Source of the DNA: Haliotis rufescens
Lineage: Eukaryota
Direction of reading: 5' to 3'
NCBI RefSeq assembly: GCF_023055435.1
Contig: NW_025963802.1
Location: 11,408,001 to 11,472,000 of the forward strand
DNA length: 64,000 nucleotides
The notes under the pieces were generated by a model. That model was not told where the DNA came from, searched no databases, and saw only the letters and a program-made list of their open reading frames with translations. Positions within the stretch are counted from its first letter, which is position 1, and every line of letters starts with the position of its first letter. The position numbers were made by a program, and so were the translations under genes. This document shows positions 52,412-64,000 of the stretch, one piece after another.

Positions 52412-52675
52412 CCCGTGAAGATCCGGGTTGGAAAAGGTCTTCAGCAACCCATGCTAACAGGCAACTATGCTTGTCGTAAGAGGCGACAAAGGGGATCTGG
52501 TGGTCAGACTCTCTGACTTGGTTGATGCATGTCATCGTATCCCAATTACGTTTATCGATACTCATGATGTCAATCACTGGATTGTCTGGTCAAGGCTCGA
52601 TTATTTACAGTACGCCCTCATATAGCTGGAATTTTGCTGAGTGTGGCGTTAAACAACAAACAAACAAACAAACAC
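52412..52675 (+). mobile_element. Nin-like SINE copy
   Basis: Core and (AAAC)n tail. Confidence 0.8.
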
Positions 52676-52839
52676 AATAGAAGTTCCCTAAAAGGAATAA
52701 AAAGATAGGTGTTAACTATGTGATGATATTTGCTGAACAAGTCTGGCGGTATAAGGTCTCATGCAAAGGGGTACCCCTTGGGTGTCCACGTAAGAATGGC
52801 ACAACAACAGGTAGAAACATTTTATCTCTGTATGTTTGG

Positions 52840-53770
52840 CCAGTCAGACAAAGCCTTGTTGTCCGCTGACCGCAAATCCGCCCCATACCATGACGCCGCC
52901 TCCACTATAAGGGTGCACATCTTGGATGCGGTTGGCCACCAGTCTCTCTCCCCTACGTCGATAAACACGGACTCGGCCATCATTTCGTAACAAGTTAAAG
53001 AGATATTCATCTGTGAACAGCACCCTTTTCCAATCACGCCGCTACCACCGACGTTCAGTTCTTGCCCATTGTAATCTGCGTTGACGGTGTAGAGGTGTCA
53101 AGGCCATTCCACGGAAGGGGCGGTAGGTTCTGATACCACCAATTCGGAGTCGTCGTAAGATTGTTCGTCTGCTGATGGGGGGTCCCTGTGCCGTCGTTGT
53201 CACGTATCGGTTCCGCAGGTGGATTGTCTAGATGTTGCGATCTTCAACTGGCGTTGTGACCCTTGGTCTTCCCGATCGTGGGCGGTCTTGTGTCTGGCCT
53301 GTTTGCTGATGACGGCTCAATAATCGTTTGACTGCAGTTAAAGGTTCCGGCAATCTGCTGTTGAGAGGTCCCTAAATCGGCCATACCAAGAGCTCTGTCA
53401 CGTTCCTCTTGTGTGAGTCACCACATTTCCCTGATGTTCTCTTTGATGCGGCATCCTTGCTCTGCCACACGCTGGTATTTATGCTACAATCATGCACGAA
53501 CATTTTTACCAGTTCCACAAAATCCTGTTTTTCCCTTTTCATGACTGCACGAGATGAATCCTGCAAAAAGTGACTTTCATGTGTGCACACGGTGTGTTTC
53601 GGTGAATGTTTTCTGATAACGTTCCTAGCTATCGCACCGTCTTTAATTCAGACAAAACTTAATTTACAACTGATATGTTTCTTTTGCCCGGTAGTTTATA
53701 TCCTATTTTTTATCACAAAGCGAACGATCTTGTTCCGATTCCAGGATTCTTATCAGAATCAGCTTTACTG
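52840..53770 (-). mobile_element. Tc1/mariner transposon remnant (transposase pseudogene)
   Basis: TA|CAGT end at 53770; DRPRSGRPRVTTP, RRQRRLQWAR-like, WKRVLFTDE, DGRVRVYRRRGER, GGGVMVWGG motifs, with stops. Confidence 0.88.
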
Positions 53771-54101
53771 TAGTTCCCACAGAGCCAGTTCATGTTATAT
53801 TGACTTATATGCTATGTGACGTTATCTTTTCTTCCAGTAATACCATTAACTATAATTTAGTGACTTAAAGTTGCATTAAGGAAAACTCAGGCACACTAGG
53901 CTTGAGTTACGTACTTTAGTGTTGCTCAGTGTGTATTGATTGTGCAGTATTGAACCTGTACACAATACACCCCGGGTATAAGCACGGGTATATGTTGAGG
54001 CCAAGAGTGAAGTTATGAAGTGTAAAGAGGGTTAATAAGGAGATCAAGAGAACATATTTTTATAAGTCGAAAAGTAATAAAGACACATCAATTTCAAATA
54101 G

Positions 54102-55793
54102 GGCAATTCTGGCACATCACAGACCATCATTTCGACCCAACATACTGGTCAGAAATGCGGTCCTGTAATGACAAGGTTCCGGTACGTGGTATCTACGGCG
54201 ACTACTGGTGCGACCCTCCTTGGCGCCTCGTCAACGACAGCGTCGCCGCCATGGCCAACGTTAAACGTGACGTCGACTTCATCCTCTGGACAGGGTATGA
54301 TGCTGAACACGGTCCATTTAGAAAGTGGTCAAATGTAACAAATGTTATATTTGGGACCACTTTCTAAATGGCATTGTGTGTTCATAGCTTTCGGTCATGG
54401 GAGAAGTTCTAATTTACACTTGGCAGAGGGGTACTCAAAGTACGTGATCTAGACTACCAGTTGTCGGACTTTCATTTTGTGGAAGCCTCGGTGGCTGAGT
54501 GGGTTAGATCGCTGACTTCGTGTGCTGGCGATTAGGTGCCTCAATCTGGCAAGTGTGGGTTCGAATCCCGGACGGGACTCAACCCATAAAAGTACGAGAA
54601 TCTGTACTTTACTTAGAAAGTGTTATCCCAAATATAACATTTGTTATAATTCACCAATGCTGTATTTCAACATAGTGTTGAGGACTACGGGGGTAACCGT
54701 TCCCTCATACACCGTGTAACGGTTTAAGGGGATGGAATGGTGCAGAGAAGCAACCAGGCCAGTAGCTTATGTATAAATTGCGTATATTGGATCTCTCATC
54801 TACACCACAATAACCATTCAATTTTCCATAAATAAACAATAAATGACCAACAATTATTAACAATCAATCAACATTTATTAATGAGATCAATTAACATATT
54901 TTTGTTATTCATATAAAGAATGTAAAAATCCTTTTACCAGTATTAAATACACTTACAATGAACAGATAAAGTTTCAGGAGAGACAACCTAAGACTGTAGG
55001 TATTATTTCCTTCAATCTATTTTGTTAATAATAACGAATAATAATATTTAAACCTGACATTAACTTCGGATTCAACAAGAGAATATATCCGGCAACTTCG
55101 CACTGTATATAGAACAATGTGTAAGATTTAGAACTTACATGTATGCTCGGTTTTGAAACGGCAATCCTCGTTTTCCTACAAACCCAGCTGATCTCTGATC
55201 ACGACAACCGATAACTGTCGATATGGTCGCAAGCTTCGACGTTCATACAGTTTGGCCCTCAATCTATGAAGGTTCATACTCCAGTGAACTCACACAAAGT
55301 GATAGTCAATTCTTAACAACATTTGGCAGTTAGAACAAGCTTAAAATATATTTGTATGGTGACTGAATTTTAGTTCTTACTATAATCACTTTATATTCAC
55401 CCTCATGTCACAGAATGAATTCCTCTATTTCAATTAATGTCATTAATAACGTCTAGATTAAAAGTGGAAATTAGAAATATGTATAACATGTGGAAAACGA
55501 ACTGGTGAAACTAGCCGCTCCGGATTCGAATTCAGTATTCACTTAGCTCTTGTTCAGCGTATTCAGAGTGCATTGCCAAGATATGTGACATGTTAAATTC
55601 AAGTATCCTTCTCACTGTTGTTGTTCTAGGTGGGTACTACACAGTTAAGACAGTTAACGGTCTTAGGATCGTAGGTCTAAACACAGTGTTCTACTATACC
55701 GCGGACAGACTGACTCGTCTTTTGCCTGTCCCAGCTGGTCAGTTCACCTGGCTGGACGGGGTACTACAAGACGCCAGGAATGCTGGAGAGAAG
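54102..55793 (+). pseudogene. SMPDL3: partial SMPDL3-like copy: exon 2 (54102-54294) and exon 4 (55630-55793), exon 3 missing
   Basis: Both exons are open with splice sites, but their phases (2 vs 1) are incompatible without exon 3. Confidence 0.85.
54334..54720. mobile_element. inverted-repeat MITE-like element containing a tRNA-like segment
   Basis: IR tgtaacaaatgttatatttggga.ccactttctaa / ttagaaagtg.ttatcccaaatataacatttgttata; internal A box tggctgagtgg and B box ggttcgaatcc. Confidence 0.6.
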
Positions 55794-55819
55794 GTATAAC
55801 TTGCATAATTACACGGTTG

Positions 55820-56090
55820 TGTTTGTTTGTTTGTTTGTTGTTCCATGCCGCATTCAGCAATATTCTAGCTATATGACGACTGTCTCTAAATAATCGAGTC
55901 TGGATCAGACAATCCAGTGACTGACATCATGGGCATCGATCCACGTAATTGGGAAACGATGACATGCATCAACTAAGTCAGCGAGCCTGACCACCCGATC
56001 CCGTTAGTCGCCTCTTACGACAAACATACTCGCCTTTTACGGCAAGCATGGGTTGCTGAAGACCTATTCTACCCCGGATATTCACGGGTC
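55820..56090 (-). mobile_element. Nin-like SINE, reverse
   Basis: Reverse core and tail. Confidence 0.8.
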
Positions 56091-57274
56091 TACACGGTTG
56101 TGAACGTTGTATAACCGACGATGAATAACACAATTCCCCTGCTTCCTCTACACTCTTACAATTAACAGGTGTCATATTCATACATGTATACATTCAAATA
56201 TATAATTGGTAATCTATCAGCGCTCTGAAAATACAGGCATCATCTGCATTCCTCCAAATAATTAAGATGTGTGTTTTACGTTGGCTGATGAATAAGGATT
56301 GTTCTTTGTGTTCTCCCAAATAACAGCTGTCCTCTGCATTCCCTAAAATACTGCTAATGTATATACACAGTGCGATTCAATATGGATACTTTATTAGAAA
56401 ACGCATATGTCCCCTCACTCATGTCTTTGCAGGGTCGTTAATATACGTATCATGTGTTTCTCTCTATTACGGATAGCCCATTTGAGTTTTTAATGTGACA
56501 ATAATTAAATCAGACCAGATGTTACAGGAAGTGACAGGAGATGCTCGTTCACAACAAACTTTGCGTTACACTCAAGCTGAAAATATGTCTCTCTTTTGAG
56601 TCCATTGGCTTAATCACGCAGGAAAATACAACTTTTGATCGCTGCACGGCAGGGTGGATCGTAGGGCAACACGGCCAGTACGTCGACGGTTCTGAGTGCA
56701 TGAAATAATTTCTGAGAGTGACATCACACATTTAATTCATGTACGATTCAATTATCAGGCCAAAACAATAGGGCTCCGACCAGAGAAGCCAACACCCAAG
56801 GACTGAGCAGAATAACTTGCTTTCATTGCGAAAATATAAACGTGAAAAACTATTTCCATTTGCGTATGTATTCTTTGCTTGCATTGGTTGCACCGCTCCA
56901 CGTGCCGCCATCGAAGCCCTACGGAGAGCAAGCAATGCGGTCACTTTGATGTAAAACGCACCGAAAGGCTTGCATTATGCCCGTTTGTGCTCATTTCATA
57001 ATGCGTGCGTTTGCTTACAAACAAGAGAAAAGCCTACACTCGCGGGGACGAGTGAGCTCGGGGTTTATCGCCTATTGTTTGCAAACAATTTAAGGCAGGG
57101 CGGGACAACTTAGGAATGGCCAGGAGTCCGAACTTGACAACACAGAAGGAAGCGAGCTACAAAAACATGTTTTATATCATTGGAAAGCTCTCAAGGAGTC
57201 GAATCCAAATAATGTGTGTCCCAGTGTGTTCACATGTTCATAAGCTCAAAAATTGGCTCAGAAAATGCATTACT

Positions 57275-57400
57275 GCAGAAATTTCTGGCAGAATTTTTTT
57301 TTTCTGCAGAAATTTCTGGCAGTATTTTTTTTTTCTACAGAAATTTCTGGCAGAATTTTTTTTTTCTACAGAAATTTCTGGCAGAATTGTTTTCTGCAGT
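57275..57400. repeat. tandem ~31-bp unit containing the palindrome cagaaatttctg
   Basis: About 4 units of 'cagaaatttctggcagaa(t)n ct'. Confidence 0.85.
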
Positions 57401-58016
57401 AATATCAACCATCAATCTTTGGAGAGTTTAAATTGAATTCAGCAATTGAAGATAGTTATCTTGGTATTATACTTACCAAATTTATCAAGAAAAGTTGCCG
57501 TCACTCGAATTAAACAATGGAACAACATGTTGGCCTCATACCTTTGTATACTAGACAGATGCAAATCATTGAACCTTGAGCTTACCCTATAATTATCTAA
57601 ATTATTATGAGAATTTTAGTGACCATCTTCAATGACCTATTTACGACTTTGAAGTGTACAACATTAAAGGCGAATGTGATTCTGAAAAAATAAATTTCAT
57701 AATTATTCCATGGGGCCAACCAAATATATAATCCCCAGTTGGAATTCAAAGAAACAACCTACATGTGATATACGGTACTCTGAAAGTAGGTTAACTTCAG
57801 ACATGGAAAAAATAGATAACAACCAAGATTTTACAATATAACTGCATATATTGTTTCATAAGTTCCATTGTGCACATCTCATCTTATATATGTATATATA
57901 TATATACAATTCTAAATACACAGCTTTACTAAGAAACAAAAACATACAAAGTACAAAACTCCTGCAATGCAATCCTCGGCAATATCTCAGCCACATAGCT
58001 TAGACAAAAAATATGT

Positions 58017-58990
58017 TCATTTCAGCAAAACTTGCTGCTCCTTCTTTATTGTTCTGATACTGACGCTTGTCTTCGGTGCTTTGTCAGAGTGATCTGAAAG
58101 TAAAGAAAGAAAATGTAAAGAATATGAGAACATAATTAAAATCACAGTGCATCTATACAATAAAAGCAAAAATAGTAATCTCATGAAGTTGGGTTGTTTC
58201 TCTGCCCACATTACACATATTCTAAGTAACACTGACTAACCCTAATATTACACATCACAATACATATTTCAAAAGAAATGCAATATTTATTGAAATTACC
58301 TTTGATTGTTTTTGCAGTTTTTCATTGTTCTTCTCTATTGCCTCTTGAACTTTAGTTGGGAGGGTTGTCGCTTCCCTTGGGGCAGGCATGAAGGGCTTGA
58401 AGTCTGATAGCTTAGTGGTGGGTGTCCGGATGTCCCCAATCTTGAAGGAGGGCATCGCGGGTTGTTGCAGGCTTCTGTCTAAGTTCCCTTGCAAATACAC
58501 TAAACAGTTGATCCAAATCTTCATGCGTGTGCCCCACCATGAGAAAGAAAGTTTCATCTGAAAATAGTATTTACATCAGTATTATCACTATGAAAACAAA
58601 TCAAATTGTACAAAACTTGTTTATTTACAGAATACTGATTTGAGTATTGAGAATATTGAGAGAAAAATCAATCTTGTGCATTTAAAAAGTTTCAACATAG
58701 TGTGCAGATTCTTTTATACTTAGGATGAGCAACTGGACATGAAATACTTGCTTAAAAACAATTCTAATGTGGTTTAAAACAATTTACATAAATTATAAAA
58801 ATATTAACCACATGTGACTTCAGCATTTACTTTGAATTGTATAGTATAGCCTCAAGGAATAAATATTGTATGTGGAATCATATACCAATAATTTCATTGA
58901 TAACTATCTTCATGATAGCACTAAAAGTGATACCTTGGATTGCAGCGTCCACTTTTGACTGGCCGACAAAATCTTGCAGCTTTACTGGTC
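58017..58990 (-). pseudogene. intron-containing Sola2-like transposase remnant; exon-like blocks 58934-58990, 58300-58557, 58017-58093
   Basis: FLMVGHTHEDLDQLFS motif in the frame shifted relative to the listed ORF; canonical AG/GT borders. Confidence 0.6.
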
Positions 58991-59412
58991 CTGGAAATGT
59001 CAAATAAATATTCGAATACATAAATTGCAACTTTAATGTAATTGGATAGTCATACAAATATAACAATTGCCAATTTCCATTCTCAGAAATCCCCAATTCC
59101 TCCAAAATTAGACAAGCCTACCAGACAAACATTGAATTTATTCAACAGGCCCGTACCAAGCATTTAGCTAAGACAAAGATAAATTTCTATCCTTCTAAAC
59201 GTGTGTTACAAATATAATGTACAAACAAATGTCTTGACATACATGGCACAATCCCTTTACAAAACAAATCCCATTACATCCTTTACTAATAATACTGGAC
59301 AAACTACAATAACGTAACCCATATATGTGCACTGTGGATACTAAGCTCCACTGGTTTCTAAATAAGAATCTACATAACTCCCTACCAATAGGATATGTAG
59401 ACAGTAATATAT

Positions 59413-59585
59413 GTTTTGGTTTGGTTTGTTGTTTACTGCCGCATTCAGCAATATTCCACCTATATGACAGCGGTCTGTAATTAATCGAATCTGGACCAGA
59501 CATTTCAGAGATTCATATCATGAGCATCAATGCAAGTCAGCGAGCCTGACCACGCGATACTGTTAGTTGCCTCTTAAGACAAGCA
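59413..59585 (-). mobile_element. Nin-like SINE, degenerate
   Basis: Reverse tail and core. Confidence 0.7.
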
Positions 59586-59902
59586 TAGAATTCACTGGAA
59601 ACTGGAAAGGAAATATCACAAAAAGACATGTTGTGCTTGGATACCAATTACACAATAATGACCCATTAAATCTTATAATTATTCTTTGCAGAAATCTTTT
59701 TTTCATGTAAAGATACAAGGCATATTCCATCGTTCCAGATCTTCCAGAATGAACTTAAGTAGTTTTATTAAAGCAGTTATTAAATGAACAGCATTTATGA
59801 GTGGGTATAAGACAGATTCTATAAATTTTGGTCTTCATGGCATACATTTTTTTTCGTAACATGGAAGTTGTTTTCTGTTTGACATGAAATGCAACAAATA
59901 AA

Positions 59903-59990
59903 AAGGGCTTCACACACTGTGCCCATGTGGAGAATCAAAACCAGGTCTTTGGCGTGATGAGCGAACGCTTTCACCACTGGGCTACACAAC
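59903..59990 (-). mobile_element. short tRNA-derived SINE fragment
   Basis: 'gggcttcacaca...ggcgtgatgagcgaacgcttt'. Confidence 0.7.
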
Positions 59991-60209
59991 CACACGAAGG
60001 TAAAGAAGAAAGCAATGAAGGTTTCGACACAACATCCATAATGCAGTAATACATGGACAAACTGAACATGCATGCACATAAAAAAAACAATTATACGGAC
60101 AGAAATGGCTGTGTGTTTTGCCAAAATTCATCTATTCAATCAGAACAGGCTTACAAATGAGCAGTTTCTAAAAATACTGTTGCTAGGATGCAGCAGTGAA
60201 CTCATTGTT

Positions 60210-60445
60210 GTGTTTATTTGCTTGTTTCTATAACTATATTCCAGCTATATGACAGCAGTCTGTAAATATATGAGTTTGGACCAGTCCATCCAGTGACTGA
60301 TATCATGAGCATCAGGTTACGCAATTGGGATACGATGACACACATCAAGCAAGTCAGCAAGTCTGACCATCTGATCTCGTTAGTCGCCTCTTACAACAAA
60401 CATGCTCGCCTCTTATGGCAAGCATGGGTTGCTGGAGACCTATTG
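60210..60445 (-). mobile_element. Nin-like SINE, degenerate
   Basis: Reverse core. Confidence 0.7.
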
Positions 60446-60744
60446 TGAGAACTATGCATGTCATATATATGGTTAATATTAGCAAATTCCATTCAGGAGT
60501 ATACACTGAGCCACAGCGGGCAGCTAATTTTGGCTTATGGCACATGTAACTAGTACTTTGGGGGAACTTTTGTACTGAAAGTGTTGTTTCATTGGTTGCC
60601 ATCAGTTACTGAGACACATGGACAAATTGACTTACTATGAAACTGGATGTAACATTTAATTAAATAACTTTGTGCAACATACTTCCTTATAATAATTATG
60701 GTTTCTTTTATTCACTGTGGCACATGAACACCCGCTCACCTGGA

Positions 60745-60900
60745 ATGAGTGAGTGAGTTAGGTTAGAAACCGCTTTGAACAGTATTTCAGGTATATCACG
60801 GCGTGTCAACTTGATGTGGGAGGAAAGCCCAGAGTGATGTAGGTCTTAGACATTTACCACTGGTCAAACCCATGAGCATGTGTATGTTGCTGAACCATGA
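60745..60900 (-). mobile_element. long-head SINE 3' part, reverse
   Basis: (GAGT)n, 'atgtgggaggaaagccc...tttaccac...aaacccatgagca'. Confidence 0.7.
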
Positions 60901-62064
60901 ACCGAACACATCCAGGGACAAAACTCTGCACTAAAGAATATAAACCGCGGGACTCCCGGGAGTAAGAAGTGAAAAACACCCTTAATATTGGAAGAATTAT
61001 TATGTCATTATAATGCGAAAAGGAACAAGTGTTGAGTCCCACTACCAACTAACCAAATTTCATTATTTTGAGCAATATCCGAGTTATGGGTGGCAAATAT
61101 CCAATTCAAGAAATTGGGGTTGTCAATCAGGTAAAGTTTCATTGTCCAGTGGTCTCTTGAGAAGATTGCTTGTATTGTGCAAAGAATTGCATTTTGAGAG
61201 AGTGCAAATTAAGGGCATGTAATGGTCAAAATATAAAACATTACGAAAACAGAATCTGTGATGATCCCCATTACAATCTCTACTGGATTTCATTACATAT
61301 TGTACAAACATGGCTCAGTAATGTCCAAAAGAAGTTTCATCTTTTCGAAAGCTGGATGTGATGAGGTCAAGTTAAAATGTATAATTTAACAAGAGCACTA
61401 AAATTACTGCACATGTATCACCTTTCAAACAAAAATGACTTCAGAAGTAATGGCCATAAATAGCATTATCAATATTGTTGTTATGGCATCAACACTCTTG
61501 AAGTTTTGGAGTAGATGTGTTCTAAATCTAAGACGGCTAAGTGGCAGTCAATTCCAATTCCATTTTTGATGAGTTGATTTCCCACAAATACTTGATGGAA
61601 ATAACTAGATTCTGATTGGACAATCAGGTTATGAAATCACAACAATCCCCCTCTTATTAAAAAGGCTGATTTGGAAACTAATATTTTATAAAGTAGTACT
61701 TTTTTACAGTCATTGTCAATAAGCATTTTAAAATAATTACATTTATAGGATACAACATTCAAAGTTTCACTACAATATTGAAAGGATGTGTGGCAATACA
61801 TTTTGTGCAGAAAACCATAAAAAATCTACAGAGAGAATGAATTTCAAGTTTTGAGCACAACAGAGAGCTTGACATTGGCACTTTTCATTTTAGGACTGTT
61901 ACGTCATATCTTTTGTGTCACAGTGAGTGATATGTCATCCTAGTGGCTAGCTTAGTTTTCTTTTGGGGTGCCCACTTCATGGTGGTTTTTGTGCTACATG
62001 CTTTCAATGCCTGACCTATGTGTAAACAAACTGTTTAAGCATATACAGCACCACTGTCGGTGAT

Positions 62065-62270
62065 TTTGTTTGTTTGTTCACTTTTTTGTTTAACACCGCA
62101 CTCCAACAATATTTCAGCTATATGACGGTGGTCTGTACAGAAGTCTGGACCGGACAATAAAGTGATTAGCATCATGAACATCAATCTATGATTTGGGATA
62201 TGGTGACAAGCGTCAACCATGTCAATAAGCCTGACCACCCAATCCTGTTAGTCGCCTCTTACAACAAGCA
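62065..62270 (-). mobile_element. Nin-like SINE, degenerate
   Basis: Reverse tail and core. Confidence 0.7.
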
Positions 62271-64000
62271 TAAACACAACATGTTTTTAAAGTGGAGCAC
62301 GGTTACATGTAGATTTATCCATGCTTAATTTAAGATTTGAAACCTCATTCTCTGTTTTTGTTTCCAAATTCAATTTAGTGCAGTTTACAGGTTACCAAGT
62401 GAAACATTGAAAACACAGTATTTTTATCTCCTGATTAAATACTGGATAAAATTGGTAGCATATATATAGGTATTAATAGAGTTAGATAGAGTGACAGTAA
62501 CATGAGAATGATATGAATTACAAGTCTACAGACACTAGTTAGTCTGAAAATGTCATGTAATACTGAAAATGTCATGTTTTAATGAAAACTTGATTTTTAA
62601 ACATTTTGATAATGCAATACAAAAAACATTCATAAACAAACATCTCACAAAACTGTGATGCAATAAGATCAGTGTCATGTATTTTCAAAATGACAATCTA
62701 TCATTAAGTATTGTGACAATGTCTTGCGCACTTAACATAAACTGTATGGTTTTGGGCCATATTGTCAGTGCCACAGATGTAGTGTTCGGAACTGGTTGAA
62801 ATTCACAACAAGAATGATGAATAAATCATGCAACATTTGTCAAGATTAATCAAGTTCTCTCAGATACATGTAGCCTATAGATCCTATAGATCCTATAATT
62901 GCATCAATGTTACAGTCACGCTCGCATGTTGCTGTATATAAAAAAAATAAACCTTAGAGATATTAAAACAGTATTATCTCACGTAATTATTCCAAGCTGA
63001 TGTAATTATTCCAACTTTTTTATTTCCAAGTGTATATTTTTAATTGATATTGAAATTTAAACAATTGACATAAGAATCGCAAGTGTGTGGTTTGTTTTTT
63101 TTCTTGAATGGGCAATTAAAATAATAATGTAAAAAGTATCCAGTTGGCTATTAAATTACATTCATTTTCCCTAAACCAATGTCAGCAGTTATTGCTTTTT
63201 TATGACATAAGTAGAAATAAGTTATAATGTGTATATTTATATAAAACATGAATTACCAATAAAAACATCATATTTGGAAGGAAATCTGCCATTAATATAA
63301 TGTAAGTATCTTGTAGGGATCAGCAAACAGTGCCGACAAACATTAAGGATGTGCAGGGGCAACTTAAGATTAAAGATTTCTTGAAATGTTAATGGTTATC
63401 CAAAAACTTAATAAATCATCAATTAATCATCTCTTTTATAGCACTGCTTGTGAAAAAGAATAATTGTTGATTTGTCTCAAGATTTCACTACTGAAAAAAC
63501 TTTTGGTGAATATCAACTTTGTCTTTCAAACATTGTACACATGCTTCCACAAAAAAGAAATTTTTGTATAATAGAATGTTATGTTAATCATTTTCAGATT
63601 TAACTCAAGAGTGACAAATATCTATTTAGATATTTATCTAGTTTACATAACCCTAACAATGACTACCGAATTTCTTCCATTTATAATTCTTGTTATCATA
63701 AAACTTTAAAATAGGCAAGTCAAGATAAGTCGTATTCTACATCTGAAATCAATGTTAGTGACAAGACTTTAATAGACTTTTAAAAGCATTGTACACTAAA
63801 GGACAGTCATGAACATGAATTTTTGTCTGCTTATCTAAACTTACATTTAACCTAGCTGACAAACCCCTTGTGAAACAATAATATGAATACACTGAAAAGT
63901 ATGAACGACCTGACAAACATCAGACTATGTTTATTCATAGTCTTTTTCTTATGCCAAACTCTAAAAACATGATCCTATCTTTATTACAACTACAATTTAT

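Larger units (their letters stand above)
49750..56857 (+). repeat. segmental duplicate of ~34025-39608 with indels
   Basis: Colinear matches (SINE, Tc1 end, exon 2, exon 4, intron sequence); exon 3 and the second LINE are absent. Confidence 0.85.

Noticed and set aside
61000-64000. AT-rich terminal region
   Set aside because: No ORF, repeat structure or motif beyond one SINE; looks intronic or like a TE interior

Overview
AT-rich, intron- and SINE-rich eukaryotic DNA with three assembly gaps. It is probably molluscan (abalone-like gastropod), inferred from the SINE families. The core is an intact 6-exon SMPDL3-like acid sphingomyelinase-like phosphodiesterase gene (+, 13908-33340, 436 aa). 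Its 14.4-kb second intron holds an intact antisense 3-coding-exon NNMT/INMT/PNMT-family methyltransferase gene (263 aa, with a GC-AG intron) and a 5.2-kb two-ORF LINE flanked by an unusual 322-bp direct repeat. Downstream (34-57 kb) is a patchwork of segmental duplications with broken or chimeric SMPDL3 exon sets, a second intact but diverged methyltransferase gene, a 5'-truncated LINE and a Tc1 remnant. An intron-containing Sola2-like transposase remnant lies near the right end. Upstream, 8084-12776 is a non-autonomous Polinton/Maverick-type element: AGTAGT...ACTACT termini, 6-bp TSD GATGCG, ~1.36-kb TIRs, a minisatellite core and one promoter-bearing small ORF. Two phase-compatible exons of an unidentified gene lie at 2.07-2.91 kb. 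All coordinates were read by eye; repeat boundaries are approximate unless a TSD or splice site is quoted.
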